A stretch of 55,350 nucleotides of DNA from Chiloscyllium plagiosum (taxonomy: Eukaryota). The stretch covers positions 4,037,498 through 4,092,847 of the forward strand of contig NC_057757.1 in the NCBI RefSeq assembly GCF_004010195.1, given 5' to 3'. A program made the translations under genes and the position numbers. Of this stretch, positions 1 to 13,059 are shown piece after piece (positions within the stretch are counted from its first letter, which is position 1; each line of letters opens with the position of its first letter). A model generated the notes under the pieces. The model was not told where the DNA came from, did not search any database, and worked only from the letters and a program-made list of their open reading frames with translations.

Positions 1-267
1 CACCCCTGCACACCTCATTCATAAACACTCATACACACATACACCCACACACACTCTTGCACACACATCCGCAAACACACATTCACTCATACTCACACTC
101 TCACATTCACACACACATCTACATGCAACCTTATATTCTCACTCATACACACACTCACTCACACACATCCTCATTCACACACACAATCCACACAAACACA
201 CACACATACATACATACACAAGTACATACAAACACAGACAGACAGACACACACACACAGACAGACAG
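1..267. repeat. CA-rich low-complexity tract; other simple repeats at 15651-15724 (TG), 22403-22445 (CT), 27660-27754, 28985-29163 and 55128-55350 (CT-rich)
   Basis: Directly visible dinucleotide-rich sequence. Confidence 0.9.
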
Positions 268-762
268 CAATCCCATTTTCTGAAATTATTCAATAATCTC
301 TTGATATCTTCAATGTTCAGATATCCATTGACATCTGTCTTGAATCTGGACATAGTTGAGAGTGCGATGCTGGAAAAGCACAGCAGGTCAGGCAGCATCC
401 AAGGAGCAGGAGAATAGACATTTTGGGCCGGAGTATTTTACCGGCCTACCATCCTGATGAAGGGCTCTGGCCCAAAATGTCGATTTTCCTGCTCCTCGGT
501 TGCTGCCTGATCTGCTGTGCTTTTCCAGCATCACACTCTCAACTCTGACCTCCAGCATCTGAAGACCTCACTGGACCGTGACTGTCCCTCCAGAGTAGAG
601 AATTCCAAGGATTCACCCACCCTCACCACCTCTCAGAGAGGAAATTCCTCTTCATCTCAATCCCAAATGGCTTGCCATTTATCCTGAGGATGTGTCCCCT
701 GGCTGGAGACTGCTCCACAGGGTCAAGAAGGATATTCCATTTCTATTATTTGGCAATGTATT

Positions 763-2340
763 GAATTGAATTTATTGTCACGTGTACCGAGGCACAGTGA
801 AAAGCTCTGTCTTGTGAGCAATCCAGGTAGATCACAGAGTTAAGTAACATAGATAAGTAAATAATAGGTAAACAGTGGCGAAAACAAAAACACAGGTACA
901 GGCGAATGTTAAGGGTTTGTGAGTCCATTCAGTATTCTAACAACAGCAGGGTAGAAACTGTTTTGAAAATGTCTGGTGCGTGTGTTTAGGCTTCTGTACC
1001 TTCTCCCCGATGGTAGAGGTTGTAGAAAACCATTGCCAGGGTGGGATGGATCTTTGAGAATGCTGGCGGCCTTTCCTTGACAGCGGGCCTGGGAGATGGA
1101 TTCTACAGATGGGAGGTTTGGCCTTTGTGATTGTCCGGGCTGAGTTCACCGCGCTCTGTATCCGTCTGCGATCTTGAATGGTACAGTTGCCATACCAGGT
1201 AGTGATACATCCAGCCAGAATGCTCTCGATGGTGCACCCATAAAAGTTGGCAAGGGTTTTCGCCTTCTTGCCAAATTTCCTCAGCTGCTTGAGGAAGAAG
1301 AGACGTTGGGCCTTTGTAACCAGTGCGGCCACATGAAGAGTCCAAGAAAGCTTGCTGTGGATGACCAAACCCAGGAGCTTGACACTCTCCACTCGTTCCA
1401 CCTCTGCACTGTTAATGTGTAGGGGGGGCATGAGTAACATCCCGCCGAAAGTCAATAACGAGTTCCTTGGTTTTGCCGGCATTGAGAGCTAGGTTATTCT
1501 CAGTGCACCATTTTTCCAGGTCTGTAGTCTGTTTCATCACCATCTGAGATTCGAACAACTATGGTGATGTCATCAGCAAACATGTGAGTGGCATTAGTCT
1601 GGTATTTGGCGATGCAGTCATGGGTATACAGTGAGTACAGTAAGGGGCTGAGTATGTACCTCTGTGGGGGGGGAGGGGGGAGGGGGGCTCCAGTGTTGAG
1701 TATTAGTGACGATGAAATATTGTCTCTAATCTTCATTGATTGTGGCCTGTGGGTCAGGAAACTGAGAATCCAGTTGCAGAGAATGGGGCTTAGTCCGAGA
1801 TCACTAAGTTTCGTCATCAGTCTCAAGGGGATAATAGTGTTGACAGCTGAACTGTTGTCAATGAGTAGGATTCTTAAGTAGTTATTTTTGATGTCAAGAT
1901 GTTCTAGGGAGGAGTGAAGGGCAAGTGATAAGTCATCTGACATGGGTCTGTTGGTCCGATAGGCAGATTGGAGTAGGACAAGAGTAATGGGGAGGCTGGA
2001 GTTGATTAATGCCATGACCAGCCTTTCCAAGCACCTCATGACCACCAAGGTTAGGGCTGCTGGACGGTAATCATTGAGACATGCTGCATGAACCGCCTTA
2101 GGCACAGGGATGATGTTGGCTCTCCTGAAACAGGCAGGGACAGTGGCCTGCTGCAGGGAGAGGTTGAAGATGTCCGAGAAGACCTCTGCCAGTTGATCTA
2201 CGCATGCTCTGGGTGCACGGCCTGGTACTCCGTCTGGTCCCATCGCTTCCCTTGGATTCACATGAAGGAAAACTGATCTGACCTCTGATGCAGTGACTGT
2301 TAGGATTGGTATGTCAGTAACTAGCAGGGAGGGGGTCACA
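763..2340 (-). mobile_element. 5'-truncated non-LTR retrotransposon, Rex1/Babar-like reverse transcriptase, frameshifted
   Basis: ORFs 1500-2384 and 937-1482 contain GPDGVPGR, FSDIFNLSL, IIPVPK, LNDYRP, LSPLLYSLYTHDC, FADD and KAQRLFFLKQLRKF. The 3' end terminates in AATAAA plus an (ATTCA)n tail. Confidence 0.88.
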
Positions 2341-4216
2341 ATTTCAAGAGAGCTAGGACTGAGATGAGGAGAAGCGTTCTTCACTCAGAAAGTTGTTAGG
2401 AGTTGGTTTGTGTTACCTGGGAGATTGATGAAAGGGGATTCCACAGGAAGTTTCAAAAGCTATATAATTAAAAGTGATGGAGTTAGAAGGCGATGGAGGT
2501 TGGGCTGAAGAATGGGACCAGCTGGATAACTCTTTCGAGAGCCAGTACAGACACAATGGGCTGAATAGACTCCTTGTGTACTGTAACATTTGATGAGTTC
2601 AAATTTCACCACCTACAGGATTTATAGAAACACAGAAAATAGTTGCATGAGTAGGCCATTCGGCTCTTTGACCCTGCCCCACCATTCAATATGATCACAG
2701 CTGATCATGCAATCTCAATATCCCATTCCCACCCTCTCTCCATTACCCTTTGATCCCTTTAGCTGCAAGAGCTACTTCCAGCTCCCTCTTGAATATATCG
2801 AATGAACTGGCCCCAAAAGCCTCCTGTGGGAGAGAATTCCACAGGTTCCCAACTCTCCGAGTGAAGAAATTCTTCCTCATCTCAGTCCTGAATGGCTTAA
2901 CCCCTTATTCTTAGACCGTGACCCCAAGTTCTGGACTTCCCCCAACATCGGGAACATTCTTCCTACATCTAGTCTGCATCAGGATTTTATATCTTTCTAC
3001 GAGATCCTCCCCTCATCCTTCTAAATTCCAGTGAGCACAAGCCCAGTCGATCCAGTCTTTCCTCATACATCAGTCCTGCCATCCCGGGAATCAGTCTGGA
3101 GAACCTTCACGGGAATCCCTCAATAGCAAGAATGTTCTTCCTTAGACTACGAGACCAAAACTGGTCTCAATACTTCAGGTGTGGCCTCACCAAGGCCCTG
3201 TATAACTGCAGCAAGACATCCTCACTCCTAAACTCAAATCCTCTCACTATGAAGGCGAGCACACCAATAGCTTTCCTCATTGCCTGCTGTCCCTGCATGC
3301 CAGCCGACTGCTCTACCATGACTCCCAGGTCTCGTTGCACTTCACCTTTTCCTAAACTGCCACCATCCAGATGAGAATGAATTCAGATTCAAGACCTTGG
3401 GTCTCCAGAACATTGTTTATTAGTATTATTCATTCCTGATGAAGGGCTTTTGCCCGAAATGTTGATTTTGCTGCTCCTCGGATGCTGCCTGAACTGCTGT
3501 GCTCTTCCAGCACCACTAATTCAAAATTGTTTATTAGTAATCAAACGATAGGACCATTAGGTAGTGCCTCACTTTGCAAGTTCTTTCTTCCTGACGAGGC
3601 ATCGGTGGTCGAGTCCTTGATATTTTCGAAGCCAACTTGGAGAGATTTACGATAAGCAATGGGGTGGGGGGTGGGAAAGGTTAATCGGCGATGGGGGGGA
3701 GGTAGGGAAAATGCAACTGAATGAGTCCCCCACCACCAAAATCACCGTGACCTTTCAAATAAAAATTCCTTTTTAAACACGAATCGCCTCCAGTAGAACA
3801 CACCCATGTAGTCAATCAGATATTTATATGCAGTTACAGACAATGCAGACCATCAAGAGTGAGGGGAAGGCAGGCAGGGAGGGAAGGGTTAAATCAATTT
3901 GGAGTTGGAGGGGGGAAATAAAGCGCTGTTTTCCCTGTGGTGCCCACCTCTCTAAAGACGCTGAGAGGGTTAATGGACACTGTGTGCTCCCTCTCCAAGG
4001 ACAACTGAGCTTGAACCTAACCGTGGAAGAGGGTCAGTTAGTCTGGACCGGTGTACAACCAGACTGGCCAGATCCAGGAGCAGATCCACATGGATGTCCT
4101 CCAATCAGCCCACACCCATCCCACTCCACACCAAAGGTCAGGAGTGTAGGGCTGGATTGCAACCAAAAACACAACAGAAGATTTTTAAAAAATAACTGAA
4201 AAGAAGGGGTGGAATC

Positions 4217-4953
4217 TGTCACGAAGCTGGTTTCTTCTTTATAAAAGCTCTTCCTTTTCTCAAGGATGCTACATCCTTGGTTTTTCTTCAGAGGGGTAAT
4301 AAACCGCTCTTGGTTCCAATCAGTCTGGTCTGTTACAGAGATTAAAGGGTATTGAGAGGCCTTTTTGTTTATATGTAAACAGATGAGACTTCAGGCCAAA
4401 GTGGTCATGTTTTAGAAGTGACCTGTATAATGAAAGGGGAGTGGTTAGCTCTCGAGCCGAACAGTGAGTTGAGAGTGTGGTGCTGGAAAAGCACAGCAGA
4501 CCTGGCAGCATCTGAGGAGAAGGAAAATCAACGTTTCAGGCAAAAGCCTTTCAGTTCAGAACTAGTTGGGGGTTCAAAAGTGAGCTGTGTGGAAACAAAA
4601 TATGTCTCTCTCTCTCTCTCTCTGCCCTTCTAACTTCAACCTGTAAGCATCTGTTCAATTTGTTTAACTGTATTTCAAGAGGGTTTGCTTATTAGGACTA
4701 TTGTGTATATTCGGAACAGCATAGTTAAGTCTAGTTTGGATAGACTGAGTTCTGTAGAGGTTCTTTATTCTGTTCTTTGCGTTTCATTGTGTAATCTTGT
4801 GAATAAATTTTTGTCTGTTTTAAAACCTGACAGTCAACCTAGCTAACTTACTCCGGGTAATTTTCACTGTACACTTACTGAAACAAATTGAAAAGTTATG
4901 GTCTGGCCTGCCTGCTTAAGAATGTTCTGAGTGGTGAGGCCTAGTCCATAACA
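4217..4953 (+). mobile_element. Solo LTR with 4-bp target-site duplication
   Basis: Starts TGTCACGAA and ends CATAACA. Flanked by AATC at 4213-4216 and 4954-4957. Internal AATAAA at about 4802. A short repeat is inserted at about 4465-4550. Confidence 0.8.
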
Positions 4954-5089
4954 AATCACTCAAAATCAACAAACACACAGTCCACAGCGGCCATTAAGGA
5001 GTTGGACTTGGAGTCTGTGAAGCACTGCAATTTGTGGTTATATGGGAGCACTGCATTCAACACACTCCACATAGACAGCCCTCCACTGG

Positions 5090-6070
5090 GGAAGTCAAAC
5101 TCTTGCTGAATGATAGGCCCAACCCATCTTTAGCTGCTTCATCAATGGCCTTCCCTCCACCAAAAGGTCAGAAATGAGGATGTTCGCCAATGATTGCACA
5201 ATGTTCAGCACCATTCGCACGGTGCTTACATACTGAAGCAGTCCGTGCCCAAATGCATCAAGATCTGGACAATATCCAGGCTTGGGCAGGCAAGTGGCAA
5301 GTAACATTCATGCCACACAAATGCCAGGCTATGACATTCACCAATAAGAGACAATCTAACCACTGTCCCTTCAATGACGTTACCATTACTGAATTCCCTC
5401 TCTATCAACATTCTAGGTGTTACCATTGACCAGAAACTCCACTGGACTCACTATATAAACACTGTGGCTACAAGATAGGTCAGAGGGTGGGAACACTGCA
5501 CCTCCTGACTCGACAAGGTCTGTCCGCCATCTACAAGGCACAAGTCAGGAGTGTGAGGGAATACTGCCTATTTGCCCTGGATGGGGGCAGCACCAACAGC
5601 ACTCAAGAAGCTCAATATCATCCAGGGACAAAGCAGCCCCTGCCTAAGTGGCACCACATCCGCAAACATCCACTCCCTTCACCACCAACACTCAGTAGCA
5701 GCAATGTGTACCATCTACAGGATGCACTGCAGCAAATCATCAAAGATCCTTAGACAGCACCTTCCACACCCATGACCACTTCCATCAAGAAGGACAAGGG
5801 CAGCAGATACATGGGAATGCCACCTCCCTGCATGTTCCGCTCCGAGCCCTTCACCATCCCGACTTGGAAATATATCGGTTGTTCCTTCAGTGTCGCTGGG
5901 CCCCTAACTCCCTCCCTAATGACACTGTGTGGGTGTCCCTGCTACATGGACTGCAGTGGCTCCAGAAGGCAGCTCATCCCCACCTTCCCAAGAGGACAAC
6001 TAGGGACAGGCATTAAATACTGGGCCCAGCCAGCAACGCTCATGATCCCATGTGTGAATAATGTTTTAAA
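5090..6070 (+). mobile_element. Degenerate LINE of a second CR1/L2-group family; related pieces at about 17590-18050(+) and 48430-49250(-)
   Basis: RT remnants (FSCFIN.LPS; QDLDNIQAWAGKWQVTF; IYKAQVRS) with many frameshifts. Its 3' tail is shared with short elements at about 15096-15550 and 39420-39755. Confidence 0.7.
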
Positions 6071-6111
6071 AAGGAGCAGGCCCAAGGCCATGATTAGCCT
6101 ACTCTGGCCCT

Positions 6112-6435
6112 GAGTGTGGCTCAGTGGTTAGTACTGCTGCCTCATAGCACCAGGGACCTGGGTTCAATTCCAGCCTCGGGCGACCATCTGCATGGAGTTT
6201 GCACATTCTCCCCGTGTCTGCGTGGGTTTCCTCCGGGTGCTCCGGTTTCCTCCCACAGTCCGCTGACGAGCAGGTTAGGGTGGGCTGGGCCTTGCTAAGT
6301 TGGCCCTGCAGTGTGCAGGCGAGGTGGATTAGCCACCGGAAATGCAGGGGTTACAGGAGGTGGGCAGCTCTTCAGAGGGTCGGTGTGGACTCGATGGGCT
6401 GAACGGCCTGTTTGCACAATGTCAGGATTCTGCGA
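6112..6435 (+). mobile_element. tRNA-derived HE1/V-SINE-type SINE, representative copy; others at about 9565-9875(+), 11010-11322(-), 13761-13982(-), 16800-17190(-), 23230-23512(-), 24308-24715(+), 40003-40310(+), 42178-42772(+), 44895-45250(+), 45841-46150(+), 52460-52735(-), 52757-53055(+)
   Basis: A box TGGCTCAGTGG and B box GGTTCAATTCC. Conserved core GGAGTTTGCACATTCTCCCCGTGTCTGCGTGGGTTTCCTCCGGGTGCTCCGGTTTCCTCCCACA. CR1-like 3' tail. Confidence 0.88.
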
Positions 6436-7407
6436 GCTTTCTGCTTAAATGTTGTGTCTTCTGAGCGGCGAGTCCATGTTTAATAAAACAAAGAAGGCAA
6501 ATTTTGCACACAATATTTCAAGCACAGTCTTACCAAGATTCGACAATTGCCCCCAGAACATTGACCAGGATCCCTGAATGTTTGATTTGATTTCTTTATT
6601 ATCACATGTAAAATAGGGTGAAAAGTGTTGTATAGCATCGCCACTCTTCAGCGCCATCTTAAAACACAGAAAAATAAAACTGAAACGCAGGGTATAAAAG
6701 GCAAAAGAATAAAGAAATAAAGTGTCTGATTTTACAGTCCTTCTGGGTTAAGACCCCTATCAGGGGCCTGGTTACCAGGTAACGGGTGCCCATCGTGGCA
6801 AAATTCGCCAGTCTTCGCCGCCAACCTGCCTCCACCGATGCCCTCGCCACTTTAAGCCCACCCCAATGCTGCCGGGTACCGAACTGAACCAAACCCAACT
6901 CCGCCACCCACCCTGAGTCTGCTTCATGCCCACCTCACCAATTCAGGCCTCTGCCAATGTCGCCTGGTCTCAAAAACAATGAAACAGAGTACAACACAGG
7001 AACAGGTCCTTCGGCCTTCTGAGCCAGTGCCAATTATTGTGCTCTAACTAGAAAAACCTTCTGCCCACGTTTGGCTTGTATCCCTCTAATCCCTCGCTCT
7101 GCATTTAACCATCCAGATGCCTCTTCCAATGTTGCCAACGTACCTGCGTCCACCACCCTCCTCTGGCAATACGTTCCAGGCTCCTACCACTCTCTGCGTT
7201 GAAAAATGACCCTCGCACATCTCCCTTAAACTCTCCAGCTCTCACCTTGAACCTGTGTGCCCCCTTATAATTGAAATTTCAACCCCGGGAACAGTCCCTA
7301 ACTACTGGCCGCAAACTTAACCCTGTCACCAAGAGACAACTCTAGGACCGCCTCATCAAACTTAGCTCTCGCAGGTGAAAGGAACAACTCTTACACAACA
7401 AATTAAT

Positions 7408-7609
7408 GATTTGGAGATGCCGGTGTTGGACTGGGGTGGACAAAGTTAAAAATCACACAACACCAGGTTATAGTCCAACAGGTTTAATTGGAAGCACACT
7501 AGCTTTCGGAGCGACAATCACCTGATGGAGGAGCGTCGCTCCGAGAGCTAGTGTGCTTCCAATTAAACCTGTTGGACTATAACCTGGTGTTGTGTGATTT
7601 TTAACTTTG
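7408..7609. repeat. Second palindromic short element with a degenerate hammerhead-like centre
   Basis: 7441-7515 and 7535-7609 are near-perfect inverted repeats. The centre reads CTGATGGAGGAGCGTCGCTCCGAGAGCTA. Confidence 0.75.
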
Positions 7610-10195
7610 AACAACAAATTAAGTTAACGTTTGGCCAAACTGGGCTGACGATCTGACAAACACCTATACTACCCGCTCTGGTGAACTTGATTGGGCCGTT
7701 GCATTCAATTCTCTGAATTCCATCAAGGGCGCTTCTGTGTAGGAACGTCTACTCCAATTCGACGCCAGTCTCTCCCTGCAACTGTGTCCGAACTGCAACG
7801 TCAGAAAGATAAGAGTTGACTGAGCCTCTGTCTTCAACGATTCAAGGACAGCTCAGTCAGAACGAATTGTTCAAGGAAGGTCGCAACTGTTTCTGTGAAA
7901 ATATTCCCAAGCTGATAAATCAGCCGACCTGACATACACCCTTTGGTATATAAGAGAGAGTTTTCAATAGACTGTTGGAGGTGCTGCTTTATAGAGGAAC
8001 AAAGAGGCTGTTTTGTGTTCAGTTTGACAGCTGAATGGAGATTGTAAGGAGAGTGGAAAAATTCTAAAGAGCTCTTAATGATTCAGTGAATCAGCAAAAC
8101 TATAGTGAATGGGACTTGACTGTAGCAACTGAGCTCAAACAAGAGGATAGATTGGGATGCTTCCTGAAAATTTAATTCAACGTACATCTGAAGAGAATTG
8201 AGTTTTCAGGTCTAATGATCATTAAAATGTCACAAAATGATCCAAAAAACATAGGAGTCTTACCAGACTCGAGATGTTAACTGTGTTTTTCTCTCTCTGC
8301 ACACGCGCAGTTTCTCCAGCAATATCTGCCTTAGCTTTCTGACACCCTCAGTATTTCGCTTTTAATCCAAACGTCTAACGGAAGAGGAAGGGAATCAGTT
8401 ACAAGGTTTTGGGACGCCATTGCTTCGTCACTAGATGATTAAGTCAGAGAGACCCAGGTAAAGTCCCAGGTGCATTCTGTACATAGTAAGCAGGCCAAAT
8501 CCAACATGGTCAATTACCATCCCATCAGTGTGCTCTCAATTGTCATTAAAGTGATGGAGGCAACATCAACAGTGCCAACAGACACTGTTCTGATTGCCCC
8601 CTGTTACAGGAAGGATATTATTAAACTGAAGAGGGTCCAGAAAAGATTTAGATTAGATTAGATTAGGTTAGATTAGATTAGATTCCCTACAGTGTGGAAA
8701 CAAGCCCTTCGGCCCAACAAGTCCACACCGACCCTCTGAAGAGTAACCCACCCAGACCCATTTCCCTCTGACTTATGCACCTAACACCGTGGGCAATTTA
8801 GCATGGCCAATTGCACACCTTTGGACTGTGGGAGGAAACCCACGCAGACACAGGGAGAATGTGCAAACTCCACGCAGACAGTCACCCAAGGGTGTTTCCG
8901 GAACTTGAGGTTTTGAGTTGTGCGGATAGGCTGGGACTTTTTTCACTGGAGCATAGGAGGTTGAGGGGTGACCTTTTAGAGGTTTATAAGGTGAATAGAC
9001 AAGGTCTTTTCGCTGGGGAGTGGGAGTCCAAAGCTAGAGGGCATAAGTTTAAGGTGAGAGGGGAAAGATTTAAAAGGGACCGAAGGGGCAACTTTTTCAC
9101 ACAGAGGGCGGTGCGTGTATGGAATGAGCTGCCAGAGGAAGTGGTAGAGGCTGCTACAATCACAGCTAAAAGGCATCTGGATGGGTATATGAATAGGAAG
9201 GGTTTAGAGGGATATGGGCCACATACTGGCAAATGGGACTAGTTTAGTTTGGGGAACTTGGTGAGCATGTTCGAGTTGGATAGAAATCTTTCTGCTCCCA
9301 CCTTAAAAATAGTCTTGAAATCCCCCCCACCCCAGGGAAAAGACACACGCCATTAACCTTTTCTATAAATTTCATGATTTTATGAATCTCTATAAGGTAA
9401 CTCCTTAACATTCCAGTGAATTGGTTCTGGTCTACCCAGTTTCTCCTTCTAACTTAAACCCTCCATTCCTGGCAACATCCCGGGAAATCCTTTCTGAACC
9501 CTCTCCAGCTTAATAATATCCTTCCTATAACTGTGTGACCAGAACTGGAGAGGGCACTGCAGCAGGGCAGCATGGTGGCTCAGTGGTTAGCACTGCTGCC
9601 TCACAGTGCCAGGGATCTGGGTTCAATTCCAGGCTTGATGACTGTCTGTGTGGAGTTTGCCTGTGTCTCCTCCCACAATTCAAAGATATGCAGGTTAGGG
9701 TGAATTGGCCATGCTAAATTCCCCACGGAGTTCAGGGATGTGTGGGTTAGGTGCATTAGTCAGGGGTAAATGTAGGATGATAGGGTAGAGGAATGGGTCT
9801 GATGGGTACTCTTCGAAGGATTGGTGTGGACTTGTTGGGTCAGAGGGCTATTTCCCCACTGTAGGGATTCTGTGATTGTCTCAGGCCTCACTGGCAGCCT
9901 GTAGAACTTCAACATAACATCCCAACCTTATAACTTCTTGATTCTTAGTTGTAAAAATATACACTGACCGCACCCTCACTGTTGGGTTGCCAGGTTCAAA
10001 TCCCACTCGAGATCCTGAGAACCACAAATCTCAGGGGATATCCTGGTGTGTGTGGGAATGATGTTAGGAGAACCGTCTTGCAAAGAGGTATTGAACTGAG
10101 GTCCCAGTTTCCTGATCCAAGGCAATACTTCAATGAAGAACAGTGGGGGAGTTCTCCCTCCCCCGATATCTTGGGTCAATATTTACCCCTCGATT

Positions 10196-10870
10196 ACCTC
10201 TCCAATCGCCACCAGGGCAGAACCCCACTGGTCCTCACCTACCACCCCACCAACCTCCATATACATCGTATCATCTGTTGTCATTTCCGCCACCTCCAAA
10301 CGGACCCCACCACCAGGAATATATTTCCCTCCCCTCCCCTATCAGCGTTCCGAAAAGACCACTCCCTCTGTGACTCCCTNNNNNNNNNNNNNNNNNNNNN
10401 NNNNNNNNNNNNNNNNNNNNNNNNNNNNNNNNNNNNNNNNNNNNNNNNNNNNNNNNNNNNNNNNNNNNNNNNNNNNNNNNNNNNNNNNNNNNNNNNNNNN
10501 NNNNNNNNNNNNNNNNNNNNNNNNNNNNNNNNNNNNNNNNNNNNNNNNNNNNNNNNNNNNNNNNNNNNNNNNNNNNNNNNNNNNNNNNNNNNNNNNNNNN
10601 NNNNNNNNNNNNNNNNNNNNNNNNNNNNNNNNNNNNNNNNNNNNNNNNNNNNNNNNNNNNNNNNNNNNNNNNNNNNNNNNNNNNNNNNNNNNNNNNNNNT
10701 CGCATTTCCAACGCCCCTCCCCCAAGTCCCTCCTCCCTACCTTTTATCTTAGCCTGTTTGGCACACTTTCCTCATTCCTGAAGAAGGGCTCATGCCTGAA
10801 ATGTCGATTCTCCTGCTCCTTGGATGCTGCCTGACCTTCTGTGCTTTTCCAGCAACACATTTTCAACCCT
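10196..10870 (+). mobile_element. Penelope-like element fragment spanning an N gap
   Basis: Peptide RTPLVLTYHPTNLHIHRIICCHFRHLQTDPTTRNIFPSPPLSAFRKDHSL matches the PLE region upstream of GIY-YIG. After the gap comes the CTGAAGAAGGGC..GCCTGAAA terminal repeat that recurs across the window. Confidence 0.75.
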
Positions 10871-11349
10871 TGATTATCATCCCAAGAATAGCTGACCTGG
10901 TCACTATCACACTGCTTTGGATGTGGAATTGGCTTGACTGTAGGGGAGAGAGGGTGGTGTTGAAAGGTTATTCTGGAGGCCTGTGATCAGCAGTGGCTGA
11001 GTCTATTCCAGATGAGATTCCCTACAGTGTGGAAACAGGCCCTTCAGCCCAACAAGTCCACACCGACCCTCCGAAGAGTAACCCACCCAGTCCCATTTCC
11101 CTCTGACTAATGCATCTACATTATGGGCAATTTAACATGGCCAATTCACCCGACCTGCACATCTTTGGAGTGTGGGAGGAAACCGGAGCACCTGGAGGAA
11201 ACCCACGCAGACACGGGGAGTATGTGCACACTCCACACAGACAGTCACCTGAGGCAGGGATCGAACCTGGGTCCCTGGTGCTGTGAAGCAGCAGTGCTAA
11301 CCATTGAGCCACCGTGCCGCCCTCATCAGTTATTTGAACGATTTAGGTG

Positions 11350-12230
11350 AGAGTATAGGAGGCGTGGTTAGTAGGTTTGCAGATGACACCAAAATTAATG
11401 GCAGTGTGGACAGTGAAAAGATTATCTCAAGAGTACAAAATCCTTGATCAATTGGGCCTGTGAGCCAAGGAGTGACAGATGGAGTTTAATTTGGATAAAT
11501 ATGAGATGTTGAATTTTGGTGAGGCAAACCAGGGTATGACTTACACAGTTAATGATAGGACCCTGGGCAGTGTGGTCCAATAGAACAACCAGGGGCTGCA
11601 GGTACATAGTTTCTTGAAAGTGACATCCCAAGACGACAGGGTGGTGAAGAAGGCATTTGGCATGCTTGCTTTTATTGGTCAGAGCACTGAATATAGGAGT
11701 TAGGACATCATGTTGCAGCTGTACAGGATGTTGGTAAGGCCACATTTGGAGTACTGCTTAGAATTCTGGTCACCCTCCCAGAGGAAGGATGTTATTAAAC
11801 TAGAAAGGGTTCAGAAACGATTTGCAAGGATGTTATCGGGTTTGGAGCATTTGAGTTATAAGGAAAAGCTGAATAGGCTGGGGCTACTCTCGCTGGAGAT
11901 TCGGAGGCTGAGGGGTGTCCTTACAGACATTCATGTAATCACGAGAGGCGTAGATAGTCCAAAATTAGAGGCAATTGGTTTAAGGTGAGAGGGGAAAGAT
12001 TTAAAAAGGGACCCGAGGGGCAACGTCTTCACACAGAGGGTGGTGCATGCATGGAATGAGCTGCCAGAGAAAGTGGTTACAACATTTCAGAGGGATTGGA
12101 CAGGTGCATGGATAGAAAAGGGATATGGGCCATTTGCAGGCAAACAGGACTAGTTTAGTTCAGGAAACCAGGTTGACTTAGACTAGTAGGGCCGAATGGC
12201 CTCTTTCTGTGCTGTACACCTTCTATGACT
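11350..12230 (+). mobile_element. CR1-clade LINE 3' fragment, representative; others at about 2625-3370(-), 8597-9290(+), 18290-19030(-), 20520-22222(+), 22710-24210(-), 25260-26750(+), 32207-32860, 33710-34290(-), 36335-36750(+), 40760-41240(+), 43790-44890, 47030-48430(+), 49258-49695(+), 50855-52460(-)
   Basis: Degenerate ORF2 C-terminal motifs FADDTK, LYRMLVRPHLEYC.EFWSP, LERVQKRF, RRLRGDL, FFTQRVV..WN.LP. Microsatellite 3' tails such as (CTATGA)n and (TTCTATG)n. Confidence 0.9.
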
Positions 12231-13059
12231 CAATGCTTCTGTGCGATCTTGCCGCAAGCAAATTGACTGCCGCATGACTACAGTCCCGCAAGGCGACTTT
12301 GAGGTGTCTGGCGGTTGGGTGAGGTGCTACGTAAATGCAACTACTTCTTCTTTGCTCGGAATGCACTCTCTCCAATTGCAGGATGGGAAATGCAGGAATG
12401 AAAGAGCAAGAGGATGACTCTAGAGACTGTCCCCCTGGAGAGTGGGGAAGGAGGTGAGGAGAGGAGGGGACGCAAGACGCTATCCCCAATGATTGGCGCT
12501 GGTTGATGGGCAGCTAGGCCTGAGCCTAACTCTAGAGCAGTAGCTCACCTACCTCGTTCCTGTCAGCCTGCTCACCCTGAGGACAACGTCACACATTGCG
12601 ACTGCATCTCTGGCCATATCAAAGTTGCCGCTCAGTTGAGGAGTTGGAAAGTGTCACCTTCCAGCCGAGCGCGGAAACCAATTTTGCTTCGGTTGACACA
12701 AAATATCTTTGTGGCTGCGGACTTTAGGAACAGCCACGGAACCCCTCCCTAGCCTTTTGAGAGTATGTACCCCTCGCTGACATCAAAATAGAACATTGCT
12801 GTTGGTCAGATGCCTCGACGGTGTGCAAATTTCCGACATGACGTTACACTCTAAAAGGATCTTCATTGGGGGCGCTCTCCGACGTTCATAAGGGTTGCTA
12901 CATAAATGCAGGACTTCCTTTCGAAATCGTTTTGAAGCGGCGAGGGAATGCGGGATTCGTGAGGATGATTCCCGGGATGGAGGGATTGCCTTACGAGCAA
13001 AGGTTAAACAGGTCGGGACCCTACTCCCTGGAATTGAGAAGACTGAGAAGGGGATCCGA

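Noticed and set aside
6112-6185. tRNA-like A/B boxes here and in many other places
   Set aside because: These are SINE heads followed by the V-SINE core, not tRNA genes.
7660-7960. Unique-looking stretch with short minus-strand ORF MEFRELNATAQSSSPER
   Set aside because: Weak donor, no recognisable domain and no partner exon.
9982-10834. Long ORFs crossing N runs (also near 16200-16480, 27750-27885 and 29010-29125)
   Set aside because: Their length comes from assembly gaps.
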